A stretch of DNA of 64,000 nucleotides from an uncultured Mycoplasmatota bacterium (GTDB lineage: Bacteria > Bacillota_I > Bacilli_A > RF39 > UBA660), in the NCBI GenBank assembly GCA_947646095.1, contig CANSFI010000003.1:5011-69010 (forward strand). The letters are read 5' to 3'. The notes below the pieces were generated by a model that was not told the DNA's origin, did not search any database, and saw only the letters and a program-made list of their open reading frames with translations. Of this stretch, positions 38,352-48,472 are shown one piece after another. Within the stretch, counting starts at the first letter, position 1. Each line of letters begins with the position of its first letter. A program made the translations under genes and the position numbers.

Positions 38352-40046
38352 CTATAATCGTTTAATTTTAGTATTTTCTGCTATAGCATTATCAGTCTGA
38401 TTAAAAAGATCTGTAATATAATTAACCTCTGTAGCAAATGAAGAAAATATTCTTTGAGACACATCTGATTTTTTAATATATTCTATATTTTCAGCTATTT
38501 TATCACTATTTCTTAACAGTAATGAATCAAATAAACTAATTATACTATCTGTTAAATTTAAAGCTTTATCTTCACTAATTTGAGATTGTATTACTTCTAA
38601 TTCGATAAGTGGAATTAAATTATTCTTAGTTACTTTTAAAGTGTTTACAGTAATAAAACAATTATTGATTTCTTGAATTACTTCAATTAATTTTTGTTCC
38701 ATTAAAATATTAGTTGTTGAAAAAGTAAATTTTTTATTTTGTAAATTTTTTAAAGTTGAGTTAACTATTGAAGTTTTAAAAATATTAGTCATTGAAGTTT
38801 CATTAATATCTTTTTTTTCTTCAGTTAAGCTTTTTAACTTTTCTATTTCATTAGTTTCTATTAACAAATATTCTTTATTTATTTTTAGAAAAGATTTTAT
38901 ATAATCACATAAATTTCCATATTCTTCTATTTCTTTTAATAATATTTGCATATTTTCTTCAATTACTTTTTTCAATTTATTAAGTAATTGAAGATTTACT
39001 TTTTTCTTTTGATCTATTCCAAAACATTCACATAATACATTTAAAAAACAATTTGGTTTAGAGTAAAGTTTATTTATAAATTTACTTATTTCCTCTACTG
39101 ATTTATTATGAGCATTACTTAATTTTAGTCTCGTAAATTCATCAAGTATAGTATTCGAATGAGGTATCAAAGAATTTCCAAATTCTAAAATACTAATATT
39201 ACTATTTATATCTAATTCATCAATTGTTTGTTTTTCTAAAAAAGTCTTTTTTTCTTTTATAGTTAATTCTGATAAATAGTCTTTTTTAGTTTCTATTTCA
39301 TATTTTAAAATTTCATTTGATATTTTAAAATGCTCTAATAAAGATAAAAAATTAGTATTTTCTAAACTTTTTAAAACAAAATATTCTATTGTTAAATTAG
39401 AAGAACTTATATCATCTAAATGGCAAATTATTTTAAATATTGTATCATCTATATCTATTTTATCCTCTTTTTTTTCTTTACTAAATTTTATTATATCTTC
39501 TTTTAATCCATAATAATTTAGTATTTTATTCAAAGTTAAATGATATTTTTCAAATATTTTTTTTACATCATTATCTGTTAAAAATACACTTAAAACAATA
39601 GATAAAGCAACAGCATCTTTTTCTTTAAATAATTTTTTAACATTGAATAATCTATCATCTCTTTGTTTTAAAATATTAGAATAAGTTTTAGCGACACTAG
39701 TTAAATAGTAATAAACATCAATACTAGAATTATTTAAAATGGTTTTAAACCTCTTTTTATTTACTTCTTCATTATATATATCATTTTTTTCTCTTAATAC
39801 TCGTTTTTTTATATTAGGATATTGTTTTCTAAGTTCTAATTTTTTCAAATACTTAGATATTTTTTCTTGTTTTATTTTATCACCTAAGTCAAATGAAGTT
39901 TCATCTTTCTTATTTTTATCATCAAAATAAGAAAAATCCAAAATAACATCATTATAATAATCCATATTTTGCATTTCCATATTTTTATTTTCATTAATTT
40001 CTGATTTAAAAAATGTATTACAGTCATTTTCTTGATTTGCTAACAT
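38352..40046 (-). CDS. hypothetical helical protein; N-terminal half has two Clp_N-like repeats, C-terminal half is TelA-like
   Basis: AVALSIVLSVFLTDNDVKKIFEKYHLTLNKI and LTIEYFVLKSLENTNFLSLLEHFKISNEIL resemble Clp N-domain repeats; the C-terminal long-helix pattern resembles the toxic-anion-resistance TelA family; both are impressions only. Confidence 0.35.
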   Translation of the reverse strand: MLANQENDCNTFFKSEINENKNMEMQNMDYYNDVILDFSYFDDKNKKDETSFDLGDKIKQEKISKYLKKLELRKQYPNIKKRVLREKNDIYNEEVNKKRFKTILNNSSIDVYYYLTSVAKTYSNILKQRDDRLFNVKKLFKEKDAVALSIVLSVFLTDNDVKKIFEKYHLTLNKILNYYGLKEDIIKFSKEKKEDKIDIDDTIFKIICHLDDISSSNLTIEYFVLKSLENTNFLSLLEHFKISNEILKYEIETKKDYLSELTIKEKKTFLEKQTIDELDINSNISILEFGNSLIPHSNTILDEFTRLKLSNAHNKSVEEISKFINKLYSKPNCFLNVLCECFGIDQKKKVNLQLLNKLKKVIEENMQILLKEIEEYGNLCDYIKSFLKINKEYLLIETNEIEKLKSLTEEKKDINETSMTNIFKTSIVNSTLKNLQNKKFTFSTTNILMEQKLIEVIQEINNCFITVNTLKVTKNNLIPLIELEVIQSQISEDKALNLTDSIISLFDSLLLRNSDKIAENIEYIKKSDVSQRIFSSFATEVNYITDLFNQTDNAIAENTKIKRL

Positions 40047-40097
40047 ATAAAATCCCCCTACTTAATTAGTATAATACATGAATAATCAAATAATACT

Positions 40098-41273
40098 TTA
40101 TATAGTTCTAATAAACGCCATATAAATTAAGAAAGCTGTAAACATTAAAGTTAAAATTAATCCATTTATTTTTTCGCTAGTAGTAGATTTATATTTAACA
40201 CCTACTGCCATTGAAACTAAAACTCCTCCAATTAGTCCCCCAATATGAGCTGATGTTCCAATGCTAGGTATAAATAAACTTAATGATAAATTCATAATAA
40301 TCAAGGGTATTATTTGAGATTTTATTACGCCACCTAAATATATTCTATAGTGGTATCCAAAATATACCATTGATCCAAGTAAGCCAAATATTGCTCCACT
40401 AGCACCTGCTCCTAATCTATCACTTCCTAAAAAAAGCATTGAAAGTAAATTACCTAATATAGCACTCATTATATAAATTATAAGATATTTAGTTTTTCCA
40501 AAAAAACTTTCTATTTGTGGACCTATTACATATAAAGCATACATATTCATAATTAAATGAAGAACACCTATGTGTAAAAAGGCACTAGTAAGTAGACGAT
40601 AGTATTCTCCAACTTTAATATATGGAGTATAACAAGCCCCAAAATTTAATAAAGTTTCTGTATTATGGCTACCTTTACCAAATATATACATCATAATAAA
40701 TACTAAAATATTAATTATTATTAAAGTATAAGTAACAACTGGCTTTTTCTTAGCGAATACATCTTCAGCTTTTATAGTTTCATTCTCGCTAGCTTTAGAA
40801 ATCTCTCTAGTTAATTTTATAAATAATTCCATTCCTTTTTCTTTAAAATCTGTTTTATTAGTTATAGTTGGAAATTCTTCTTTAATAAAATCATATTTTT
40901 TTAAATCTTCTATTGAATCAATATAAACACAATCAATATTATTTATTTTAGTATTATTAGTATCTACATTATCACCTAAATTAATAAAAATACTTAAGGT
41001 ATTCATTGATAATGACATAGTTTTTTGTTTTACTTTTTTCATTATTTGTTTTGTTTTAAATATATCAAAATCTAATTGTTCATTATTATGAATATAATTA
41101 CTAACAATACGAACTACTTTATGATTGTTATTTAAATTTTCAAGCCAAATTTCATTTTGAGCACCTTGTAAAATGATTGGGCTATATCCTTGTTCCGTTA
41201 TAAAGTAATGTAAAAGCTTCATAACTAATTCATCATGTTTATCTACTGTTCCTTCCATAAATCCTCCAATCAA
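40098..41273 (-). CDS. rhomboid-family intramembrane serine protease with an N-terminal cytoplasmic domain
   Basis: GASGAIFGLLG (Ser) and AHIGGLIGG (His) motifs, 6-7 TM segments. Confidence 0.85.
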   Translation of the reverse strand: MIGGFMEGTVDKHDELVMKLLHYFITEQGYSPIILQGAQNEIWLENLNNNHKVVRIVSNYIHNNEQLDFDIFKTKQIMKKVKQKTMSLSMNTLSIFINLGDNVDTNNTKINNIDCVYIDSIEDLKKYDFIKEEFPTITNKTDFKEKGMELFIKLTREISKASENETIKAEDVFAKKKPVVTYTLIIINILVFIMMYIFGKGSHNTETLLNFGACYTPYIKVGEYYRLLTSAFLHIGVLHLIMNMYALYVIGPQIESFFGKTKYLIIYIMSAILGNLLSMLFLGSDRLGAGASGAIFGLLGSMVYFGYHYRIYLGGVIKSQIIPLIIMNLSLSLFIPSIGTSAHIGGLIGGVLVSMAVGVKYKSTTSEKINGLILTLMFTAFLIYMAFIRTI

Positions 41274-41313
41274 TAATTATTTTACACTTTTTTATACATT
41301 TAGTAAAGTTTAA

Positions 41314-42210
41314 TTAATTTTTAAATTTATTTAAAATATTTGTGAATGTTTCAGGTAATTCACTAGAAAATTCTATATATTCTTTGGTTTTTGGGTGAAC
41401 AAATCCTAAAGTTTTTGCATGCAAACATTGTCCACTATCATCTATTAATTTATGTTTTCCATATACAGGATCATTAACAACTGGGTGATTTATATAATTC
41501 ATATGAACTCTTATTTGATGAGTTCTACCTGTTTCTAATTTAAGTTCTATTAAAGTTGCATTTTTATATCTTTCTAATACTTTAAAATGTGTTATAGCTT
41601 CTTTAGCATTTATATCAGTTACAGACATTTTTTTTCTATCTTTTAAATCTCTGCCTATAGGAGCATCAATTGTTCCTGTATCATTATTAATAACTCCCCA
41701 AACTAATGCTATATAGACTCTAGTAGTAGTTTTATTAGCTAGTTGATTAGCTAGAAATTCATGGGCATAGTTATTTTTAGCAACCATTAAAAGACCAGTT
41801 GTATATGCATCTATTCTATGAACTATTCCTGGTCTAAACTCATTAAAATTACTTAAATTATTAGAGTGATAGACAAGACCATTAACTAATGTTCCATGAT
41901 TATTTCCATTACCAGGATGAACTACTACTCCATTTGCTTTATTGACAACAATAACCTCGTCATCCTCATACACAATATTTAAATCCATCTTCTCAGGTTT
42001 AATATCATTACTTTCTTCTTCATAGTCTATTTCTATTATATCGTTTTCTTTTATTATATATCCTGGTTTTACTGGTTTATCGTTCACTAAAATATTTTTA
42101 TCTTTAATTAATTTTATTATTTTACTACGACTGATATTTTCTATTTCTTTGCTTAAATAAAAATCTAATCTTTCACCACTATTTTGCACTACTAAATTCA
42201 TTTTTTTCAC
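41314..42210 (-). CDS. rluD: 23S rRNA pseudouridine synthase, RluA/RluD family
   Basis: S4-like N-terminus, HRIDAYTTGLL, GRTHQIRVH. Confidence 0.9.
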   Translation of the reverse strand: MKKMNLVVQNSGERLDFYLSKEIENISRSKIIKLIKDKNILVNDKPVKPGYIIKENDIIEIDYEEESNDIKPEKMDLNIVYEDDEVIVVNKANGVVVHPGNGNNHGTLVNGLVYHSNNLSNFNEFRPGIVHRIDAYTTGLLMVAKNNYAHEFLANQLANKTTTRVYIALVWGVINNDTGTIDAPIGRDLKDRKKMSVTDINAKEAITHFKVLERYKNATLIELKLETGRTHQIRVHMNYINHPVVNDPVYGKHKLIDDSGQCLHAKTLGFVHPKTKEYIEFSSELPETFTNILNKFKN

Positions 42211-42673
42211 CTCTAAATATATCTAATATAATCAAGAATACAGATACTACAATACATATATCTGCGATATTAAAAATAGGAAAATCATAATTAAAGATAC
42301 AAAAGTCCAAATAATCGATAACATAGCCAAATATTAATCTATCAATTAAGTTACCAAATATTCCTCCAAACAATAATCCATAAGTTATAATTTCTATTTT
42401 TTTTAAATTCTTATTTTTAATAAAAAACATATATATAATTATTATTGATATAATAGCTACCATAATTAGAAAAAAACGATTACCATTAAAAATACTCCAA
42501 GCAGCTCCACTATTTGTAACATAAGTAAGGTTAAAAAAATTATTAATTAAAATAATACTTTTATTTAAAATTAAAGTTTTTGTTACTAATATTTTTACTA
42601 ATTGGTCAACTATAATACATATAAAACTAATTAAACTAATTTTTTTCATAATTTCACCATTAATATTATACAA
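42179..42673 (-). CDS. lspA: lipoprotein signal peptidase II
   Basis: NSGAAWS and FNIADICIV motifs, 4 TM segments. Confidence 0.85.
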   Translation of the reverse strand: MYNINGEIMKKISLISFICIIVDQLVKILVTKTLILNKSIILINNFFNLTYVTNSGAAWSIFNGNRFFLIMVAIISIIIIYMFFIKNKNLKKIEIITYGLLFGGIFGNLIDRLIFGYVIDYLDFCIFNYDFPIFNIADICIVVSVFLIILDIFRGEKNEFSSAK

Positions 42674-42682
42674 TAATTATAT

Positions 42683-42713
42683 AAAAAAGGAAACCGTAAT
42701 CCTACGAGTTTCC
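42683..42713 (-). terminator. intrinsic terminator after the 42767..43885 gene
   Basis: GGAAAC-loop-GTTTCC followed by T6 on the minus strand. Confidence 0.6.
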
Positions 42714-42766
42714 AAATGTATTATATTTTATAATACATTAAATTATATTTAATATTTTAATAATTA

Positions 42767-43885
42767 TTACTTAATACTATTTTTTCTCCTCTTTATTTTT
42801 TTACTTATTTTTAAATTTATTTTAAATAGATCATCAATATTTATTTGTTTTTTATTTAAAGCTGTTTGTAGTTTTATTTTTATTTTATCATTTACTAAAT
42901 ATAATGTATCTATATTAGAACATTCTATAAAATAGTTATAATTATCATCACTATATAATTCGTTTTCATTAGTACCACAAGTTGAACTAGTATCAAAAAG
43001 ATCATAATCATCTATATGTCCTAAATATGTAAATTTTTGAAAATATTCATTATTATATCTTTCATAAATATCATTTAAATCTATTTTTTTAATATCATTA
43101 TATATATTATTTATATATTTAGTATCGAATGTATAAGTTTTATTATTTATTTTAAATTCTACATAAGACACATTTTTAATTAATTTAAATAAGATTAGGC
43201 TATCCTGTTCTATATTTTTATAAATGTCCCCATAAGAGCTTTCTTTGTAATTTATAGTAATTCCATATGGTTCTTTTTTTGTGTGTAAAATAAAGTTATT
43301 TAAATATTCACCACTTGATATTTTATCTATAATATATCCAACAGCACTATTGTCACCTATATAAGAATCTTGATATTTTTCTAAAGTTTTATCTTCTTTA
43401 TAAAAATAAGATGTTGGTAATAAAAATAAATATGGAACTGTTAAAATACTTAGTAATAAAGATATTGTTTTTTTGCTTTTTTCTTCTAGTTCTACTTTTT
43501 TAAAAGATATTTTATAGTTTATAAAATAGATTAAAAAACCACATATTAATAATATTAAAAATACATAAATAAACGCTAATGGTTTATTAAATGGATTCCA
43601 AGCTAAAGGATAAATTAAATTATTATATAGAAAATCATTATTAGGAATAAATTGTGTTATTAAAAGAAGGAATGAACCTAATATATCTACTATAAAACCA
43701 ATAATCCATACTTTTAAGATAATATTTTTATATTTTTCGAACCAATTATTTAATTTTAATAATTTAAATCCTAATATTAATACTATACTATCTATTATAA
43801 AGTTAGATGGTATTACAAGTAATACTATAGGCGGCATTATTAAAATAAACCATATTGGGAATACAATATTATATAATTTTTTCAT
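42767..43885 (-). CDS. hypothetical membrane protein (N-terminal polytopic region plus extracytoplasmic domain)
   Basis: ~5 TM segments followed by a soluble Y/N/D-rich domain. Confidence 0.4.
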   Translation of the reverse strand: MKKLYNIVFPIWFILIMPPIVLLVIPSNFIIDSIVLILGFKLLKLNNWFEKYKNIILKVWIIGFIVDILGSFLLLITQFIPNNDFLYNNLIYPLAWNPFNKPLAFIYVFLILLICGFLIYFINYKISFKKVELEEKSKKTISLLLSILTVPYLFLLPTSYFYKEDKTLEKYQDSYIGDNSAVGYIIDKISSGEYLNNFILHTKKEPYGITINYKESSYGDIYKNIEQDSLILFKLIKNVSYVEFKINNKTYTFDTKYINNIYNDIKKIDLNDIYERYNNEYFQKFTYLGHIDDYDLFDTSSTCGTNENELYSDDNYNYFIECSNIDTLYLVNDKIKIKLQTALNKKQINIDDLFKINLKISKKIKRRKNSIK

Positions 43886-43976
43886 ATCATCACCATAATT
43901 ATTATATCAATATATTAAAAATTAGTAAATTAATTATTAATCTAAAAATTATTAAGAAAAATCTTAATAATTATGT

Positions 43977-45533
43977 TTATAGATTTTTAGATACCTTTAT
44001 AACAGGACGAACTCCACCATGTCCATAATTATGACCATCAGTACCACCAACTCCACCATTATAGTTCACATTGAAACTGTAGTAAGTATGATTAGAGAAT
44101 GCTGTAGATAACCAGTATTCATGTGGCTTACCTTCGGTATTTGCTTCACTTAAATTTTCATATAAATATTTTGGCATTGTTATTGAGTTGTTTTTTAAAT
44201 CAAGGACAATAAAATCTTCGATATCTGTTATAGATAATAATCTAGCTCTAACATTTGTTCTGGTTACCTTCTGATACATTGTTTTTGAACTTTTACCTTG
44301 TTGTTCTTCAATCTTCAATGGTTTGTCATCTTCTAAGGTATAATCATATGCAGGTATATTAGTCCAATTTTTAGTTAAATCTTCTAATTGATTTAATGCT
44401 GTGAGTGGACCTTTATTATTGTTTCCATATTCTCCATAATCACTTTCTGTTCCTCCTGCCTTAATATAATCTTCTTTAGAGATCCAAGCTACTTTTTCTC
44501 CTAAATTTCTATCCATAATTAATTCTATATATTCACCTGTATCATTTATGACATAAAAATCATAATTTTCTTTATTATTTACTCTTACCTTTACTTTGGT
44601 TCCATTTTCACATTTAGTAGTTATATCTTTTATACAATTATTAAGAGATATTAATATGTCTTTATTTATTGTTACTACTCTTGTTTTACTAATACTATTT
44701 CCACTACTATCAATAGCTGTATAAGTTATAGTATATTCTCCTGGTATTCCAAGACTGATATTACTTTTTACTTTTACACTTATATTTTCACCACTATTAT
44801 CTGTTACTGTTACTCCTTCTAATGGATCAAATGTTTTATCTATTATATTAAGTGTAATATTATCTGGTACATTTAAAACAGGTTTTTCTGTATCTCTTAT
44901 TATAACTGTTCTATTCATTGATACTGTAGTATCATCAGATGTTACTGTATATTCTATTGTATATTTGTTTCCTAATTTACTTGTATCGATTAAATTTTCT
45001 GAACCTGTTATTTTTGTTGTTACACTAGAAGTTATATCTTCTCCAGATCCGCTGGTTGCTATTACACCTTTTTCTTCATATGTACCATTAAGTTCTACAT
45101 ATGTTATACTATCTCCTTTTAAAATCATGTAAGGTTTTATATAATCACTACATTTATCTGTTTCTACTCCTGTATCTTCATTTACTTCATATATATAGTT
45201 TTTTTGATATCTAGTAATTGTTAAAAGCATATCATTACCAAAGCATTTATTATTTTTGGGATTTATTAGTTTACTTTCTATATACCCTCCTATTTTTAAT
45301 TGTCCTAATGTAAGTACGATGGATTCATTTTCTTTTATTGGTAATAATTTATTATTGTCTACTGCCCAATTTTTTAAACCTTCTTTTATTCCATTTATTT
45401 GAGCATTATACAAATCGTTTTTACTACCCTTAAGTATTTTATTAATAGATGGAGTTGCGATTAATAATATTATTCCTAATATTATTATCACTCCCATTAG
45501 TTCCACTAAAGTAAAGCCTTTATCTTTCATCAA
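43977..45533 (-). CDS. large type IV pilin-like protein with Ig-like and putative adhesin domains
   Basis: Class III signal KG/FTLVELMGVIIILGIILLIA; two Ig-like modules (..EYTITYTAIDSSGNS..); C-terminus YWLSTA...GVRPVIKV. Confidence 0.7.
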   Translation of the reverse strand: MMKDKGFTLVELMGVIIILGIILLIATPSINKILKGSKNDLYNAQINGIKEGLKNWAVDNNKLLPIKENESIVLTLGQLKIGGYIESKLINPKNNKCFGNDMLLTITRYQKNYIYEVNEDTGVETDKCSDYIKPYMILKGDSITYVELNGTYEEKGVIATSGSGEDITSSVTTKITGSENLIDTSKLGNKYTIEYTVTSDDTTVSMNRTVIIRDTEKPVLNVPDNITLNIIDKTFDPLEGVTVTDNSGENISVKVKSNISLGIPGEYTITYTAIDSSGNSISKTRVVTINKDILISLNNCIKDITTKCENGTKVKVRVNNKENYDFYVINDTGEYIELIMDRNLGEKVAWISKEDYIKAGGTESDYGEYGNNNKGPLTALNQLEDLTKNWTNIPAYDYTLEDDKPLKIEEQQGKSSKTMYQKVTRTNVRARLLSITDIEDFIVLDLKNNSITMPKYLYENLSEANTEGKPHEYWLSTAFSNHTYYSFNVNYNGGVGGTDGHNYGHGGVRPVIKVSKNL

Positions 45534-45617
45534 TGTTCACCTACTATCTAGTTTAATTTTACTATAAATATTTTTAATTGTAAATAAGTAAAAAGAAAAA
45601 ACACAAATGTGTTTATA

Positions 45618-46250
45618 TTACGGTTTATATTTTAAACTATTTTCCATATTTAACTCATTATTTAAATATCTATCAAATGCTACTTTAAGTAATTTAAGTG
45701 TTAAAGGAGCATTTATGCTATTCAAATAATTAATTATTTCTATTTTATCTTCAGTTTTTATTTCTTGATTTTTAATAATAAGTTTTGAATTTAATATTTC
45801 TTTTTCTCTTATTTTTATAATTTGATTTTTAACAAAAAAATCTTTTAATAATTGTAAATCTTGTTTTTGTAAAATTTTATGAGTATAATTTACCAAATTA
45901 CTATAATTTAAATCAGTTATTTCAAAATAATCTAGTATATCAAAAGGACGAATTTTATTTGTTCTGGAATCTAAAACTCCATTTTTTAAACCATCAATTA
46001 TTTTATAAACTTGTACAACAGCTTCTCCTTTTTTTAAAAGTTGTTTATTTTCAAGATAATCATAGTATTTTAAATATAAATTATTATCATACATTTTAAT
46101 AAAATATAGATTTTCCCAAAAATCACGCTTAGTAATACCTTTACTAAGTACAAACTTATCAAGAGACATATCAGCTTTTATAAATTCATTTATTAATTGT
46201 CTACAATTAGTTAATCTTTTATTGAATAATACTAAGTTCATCATTAGCAT
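45618..46250 (-). CDS. hypothetical protein
   Basis: The listed ORF starts at 46340, but its first 30 codons overlap the upstream gene; the internal MLMMNL start near 46250-46241 is more plausible. Confidence 0.35.
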   Translation of the reverse strand: MLMMNLVLFNKRLTNCRQLINEFIKADMSLDKFVLSKGITKRDFWENLYFIKMYDNNLYLKYYDYLENKQLLKKGEAVVQVYKIIDGLKNGVLDSRTNKIRPFDILDYFEITDLNYSNLVNYTHKILQKQDLQLLKDFFVKNQIIKIREKEILNSKLIIKNQEIKTEDKIEIINYLNSINAPLTLKLLKVAFDRYLNNELNMENSLKYKP

Positions 46251-46500
46251 ATTTAGTACAAATATCAAAACAATACTTAAATAATTGTCTATTTGCCACA
46301 AAGTAATCAAAATTATCAATATTAAAATTATTCTTAGCAAATGATTTTACTATATTATAAAAATAATTAATAATTGATTGATTTAAAAGTAATTCATCAA
46401 TTTCTATTAATTTTGATTTTAATGTTTTGATATCAATTTTCATATCAAAAAACAACATATATAATTCAAATTCTTGCTTTCTAATATCTATTTTTTTCAT
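46219..46500 (-). CDS. hypothetical protein
   Basis: 93-aa ORF with RBS aagggggta. Confidence 0.4.
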   Translation of the reverse strand: MKKIDIRKQEFELYMLFFDMKIDIKTLKSKLIEIDELLLNQSIINYFYNIVKSFAKNNFNIDNFDYFVANRQLFKYCFDICTKYANDELSIIQ

Positions 46501-46582
46501 ATAGTACCCCCTTAAGAATTTATATTATAAATCTTTTTTTAAAAATGTCAAATTAATAAAAAAAACACAATTATTTGTGCTT

Positions 46583-47122
46583 CTAATATTTTTTAGGACA
46601 AACTTTTCTTTTATTTTGCTTCAATTTCATTTTAGAAAGCCCATCTTCATATTGCTTCACCTGATATTCAATAGAGATATTTTTTAATAATACATGTGCA
46701 TACTCTCTACTAAATTCATTCTTTAAAATTTCAATATTTTTATATATTTGAGCTTTATTAAATCCATTATATTCACTAAGTATATTATTAATCATATTTA
46801 AATCTGAGTCACTTATTTTTCTTACCGCAATTTTTTCTAAATTAAAATATTTATTAACTTTATTTACCAAATTTTCTTCTTCAGAATTAAGTTCAACAAA
46901 ATCAGTTTCTTCTTTCATTTTACATTCAAATTTTGAAATTATGTTTGCCATTTCTATATCTAATTTAATCTGTAATAATTCTTCTTTTTCTTTTTCACTT
47001 AAATCTTCATTTTGTTTGTTTAATATATCTTCTAAATAATCTGGTACATATTCTAACCATCTTTTAATAAATTTATATTTACTTTTTGTTAATGTTGTTG
47101 ATACTGTGAACGTATTCATCAC
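46583..47122 (-). CDS. hypothetical protein
   Basis: 179-aa ORF with RBS gaaggggtg; terminator hairpin downstream. Confidence 0.4.
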   Translation of the reverse strand: MMNTFTVSTTLTKSKYKFIKRWLEYVPDYLEDILNKQNEDLSEKEKEELLQIKLDIEMANIISKFECKMKEETDFVELNSEEENLVNKVNKYFNLEKIAVRKISDSDLNMINNILSEYNGFNKAQIYKNIEILKNEFSREYAHVLLKNISIEYQVKQYEDGLSKMKLKQNKRKVCPKKY

Positions 47123-47166
47123 CCCTTCAATTATAATATTATTTCTAATTATACTTAAAATAAATG

Positions 47167-47703
47167 TTAAATTTTATAAATAACTATATTTTTACTACCA
47201 TATTTTTTTTCTTTAAATACTTTTAATTGTGTTTTCATTACTTCATTTTCATATTCACAAATAATGATACCGTCTTTATTTAAAAGATTATATTCTATTA
47301 TTAACCTAAGACATTTATTTATATAATTATTTTGATATGGAGGATCTAAAAAAATAATATCAAATTTAATATTTTGGTTTTTTAATTTTTTTAAAGCGTT
47401 ATTATAATCATCTAAAATAATGTAATGTTCTTCTTCTATTTTTAATTTATTAATATTTTCTTTTATTTTATCGATTACTTTTTTGTTATTATCAATGAAA
47501 TAACATGTATGTGCTCCATTACTTAAAAATTCAAAACCAATTGATCCACTTCCTGAAAATAAATCTAGACAAATACTATTTTTTATTTTATTTTGAATCA
47601 TTGATATTAAAGATTCTTTTACTCTATCCATTGTTGGTCTTGTTCCAATTATATTATATCCATCTATTTTTCTTCCTTTATATTTACCACTTATAATTCT
47701 CAT
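47167..47703 (-). CDS. rsmD: 16S rRNA (guanine966-N2)-methyltransferase
   Basis: Start MRIISGKYKGRKI at 47703; TRPTMDRVKESL, LDLFSGSGSIGFE, DPPY. Confidence 0.85.
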   Translation of the reverse strand: MRIISGKYKGRKIDGYNIIGTRPTMDRVKESLISMIQNKIKNSICLDLFSGSGSIGFEFLSNGAHTCYFIDNNKKVIDKIKENINKLKIEEEHYIILDDYNNALKKLKNQNIKFDIIFLDPPYQNNYINKCLRLIIEYNLLNKDGIIICEYENEVMKTQLKVFKEKKYGSKNIVIYKI

Positions 47704-47822
47704 AATAAAAATCAACTCCAATGTATAATTATTTAATAATGGAACATAATATGAATGTGGTTTAATCCACATTCTACTTCCCCTATAAACCTAGTTTATT
47801 AGGTTTTTTTAATTATACCATA

Positions 47823-48044
47823 TTATTTTAGAGTTGACATAATTGTTTCAAACATTTCGATATAATCTAATGCTTGACTTAAACGATCAGCTGGTCTTAA
47901 TTTATAATTAGCTTTTACTTCTTCTTCAAAAGTTTTAAAACTATTAGGCTCACGATTTAATATTTTATACCAATTTGAATTTTCCCTTAAATATCTTATA
48001 TATAAGGGATTATTTTTTATTTTAAATTGTGTATCTAAATTCAT
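47823..48044 (-). CDS. YlbE-like protein
   Basis: Small protein ..PLYIRYLRENSNWYKILNREP.. located next to rsmD as ylbE is in Bacillus. Confidence 0.55.
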   Translation of the reverse strand: MNLDTQFKIKNNPLYIRYLRENSNWYKILNREPNSFKTFEEEVKANYKLRPADRLSQALDYIEMFETIMSTLK

Positions 48045-48409
48045 TAGTCATCAAAATGTTTGTATAATGGTCTTGGTTTATATTCTTCTTTTGGTGTCTC
48101 TGTATTTTTATTAGTTAAATCGCCAAATACACCTAATACTCTTTGCAAGCTACCAACAGTTTCTTGAAGACTATCTAAATCAATAGTTTTAATGAAATTA
48201 AAGAAATCTCCAACTGATGAAGTTGCGACTGCTTCACTAGCTACAACTTTAGTCTCTTTTTTTAAATAATCAGCCCAAGCATTTTCATCTTCTCCATATA
48301 AATCATATATTTCATAAAACTTTTGCCAATTCATTTCGCCATTTTTAACAAATTTAATTAAGCTAGGATTTTTTCTAACAAAGGTCTTAAATTCTTCTTT
48401 CTTTTCCAT
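48044..48409 (-). CDS. YlbD-like protein
   Basis: EFKTFVRKNPSLIKFVKNGEMNWQKFYEIYDLYGEDENAW matches my memory of the YlbD family; synteny supports it. Confidence 0.55.
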   Translation of the reverse strand: MEKKEEFKTFVRKNPSLIKFVKNGEMNWQKFYEIYDLYGEDENAWADYLKKETKVVASEAVATSSVGDFFNFIKTIDLDSLQETVGSLQRVLGVFGDLTNKNTETPKEEYKPRPLYKHFDD

Positions 48410-48472
48410 GTTACCACCCTACAATAATATATGAAATATTATGGGTTTGTTTAACAAAAAATAAAATTTAAA

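Noticed and set aside
45618-46500. The overlap of ORFs 46219..46500 and 45618..46340, read as a frameshifted single gene.
   Set aside because: The overlapping N-terminal 30 codons of the downstream ORF are I/L-rich shadow sequence. An internal ATGATG start overlapping the upstream stop gives two ordinary translationally coupled genes.
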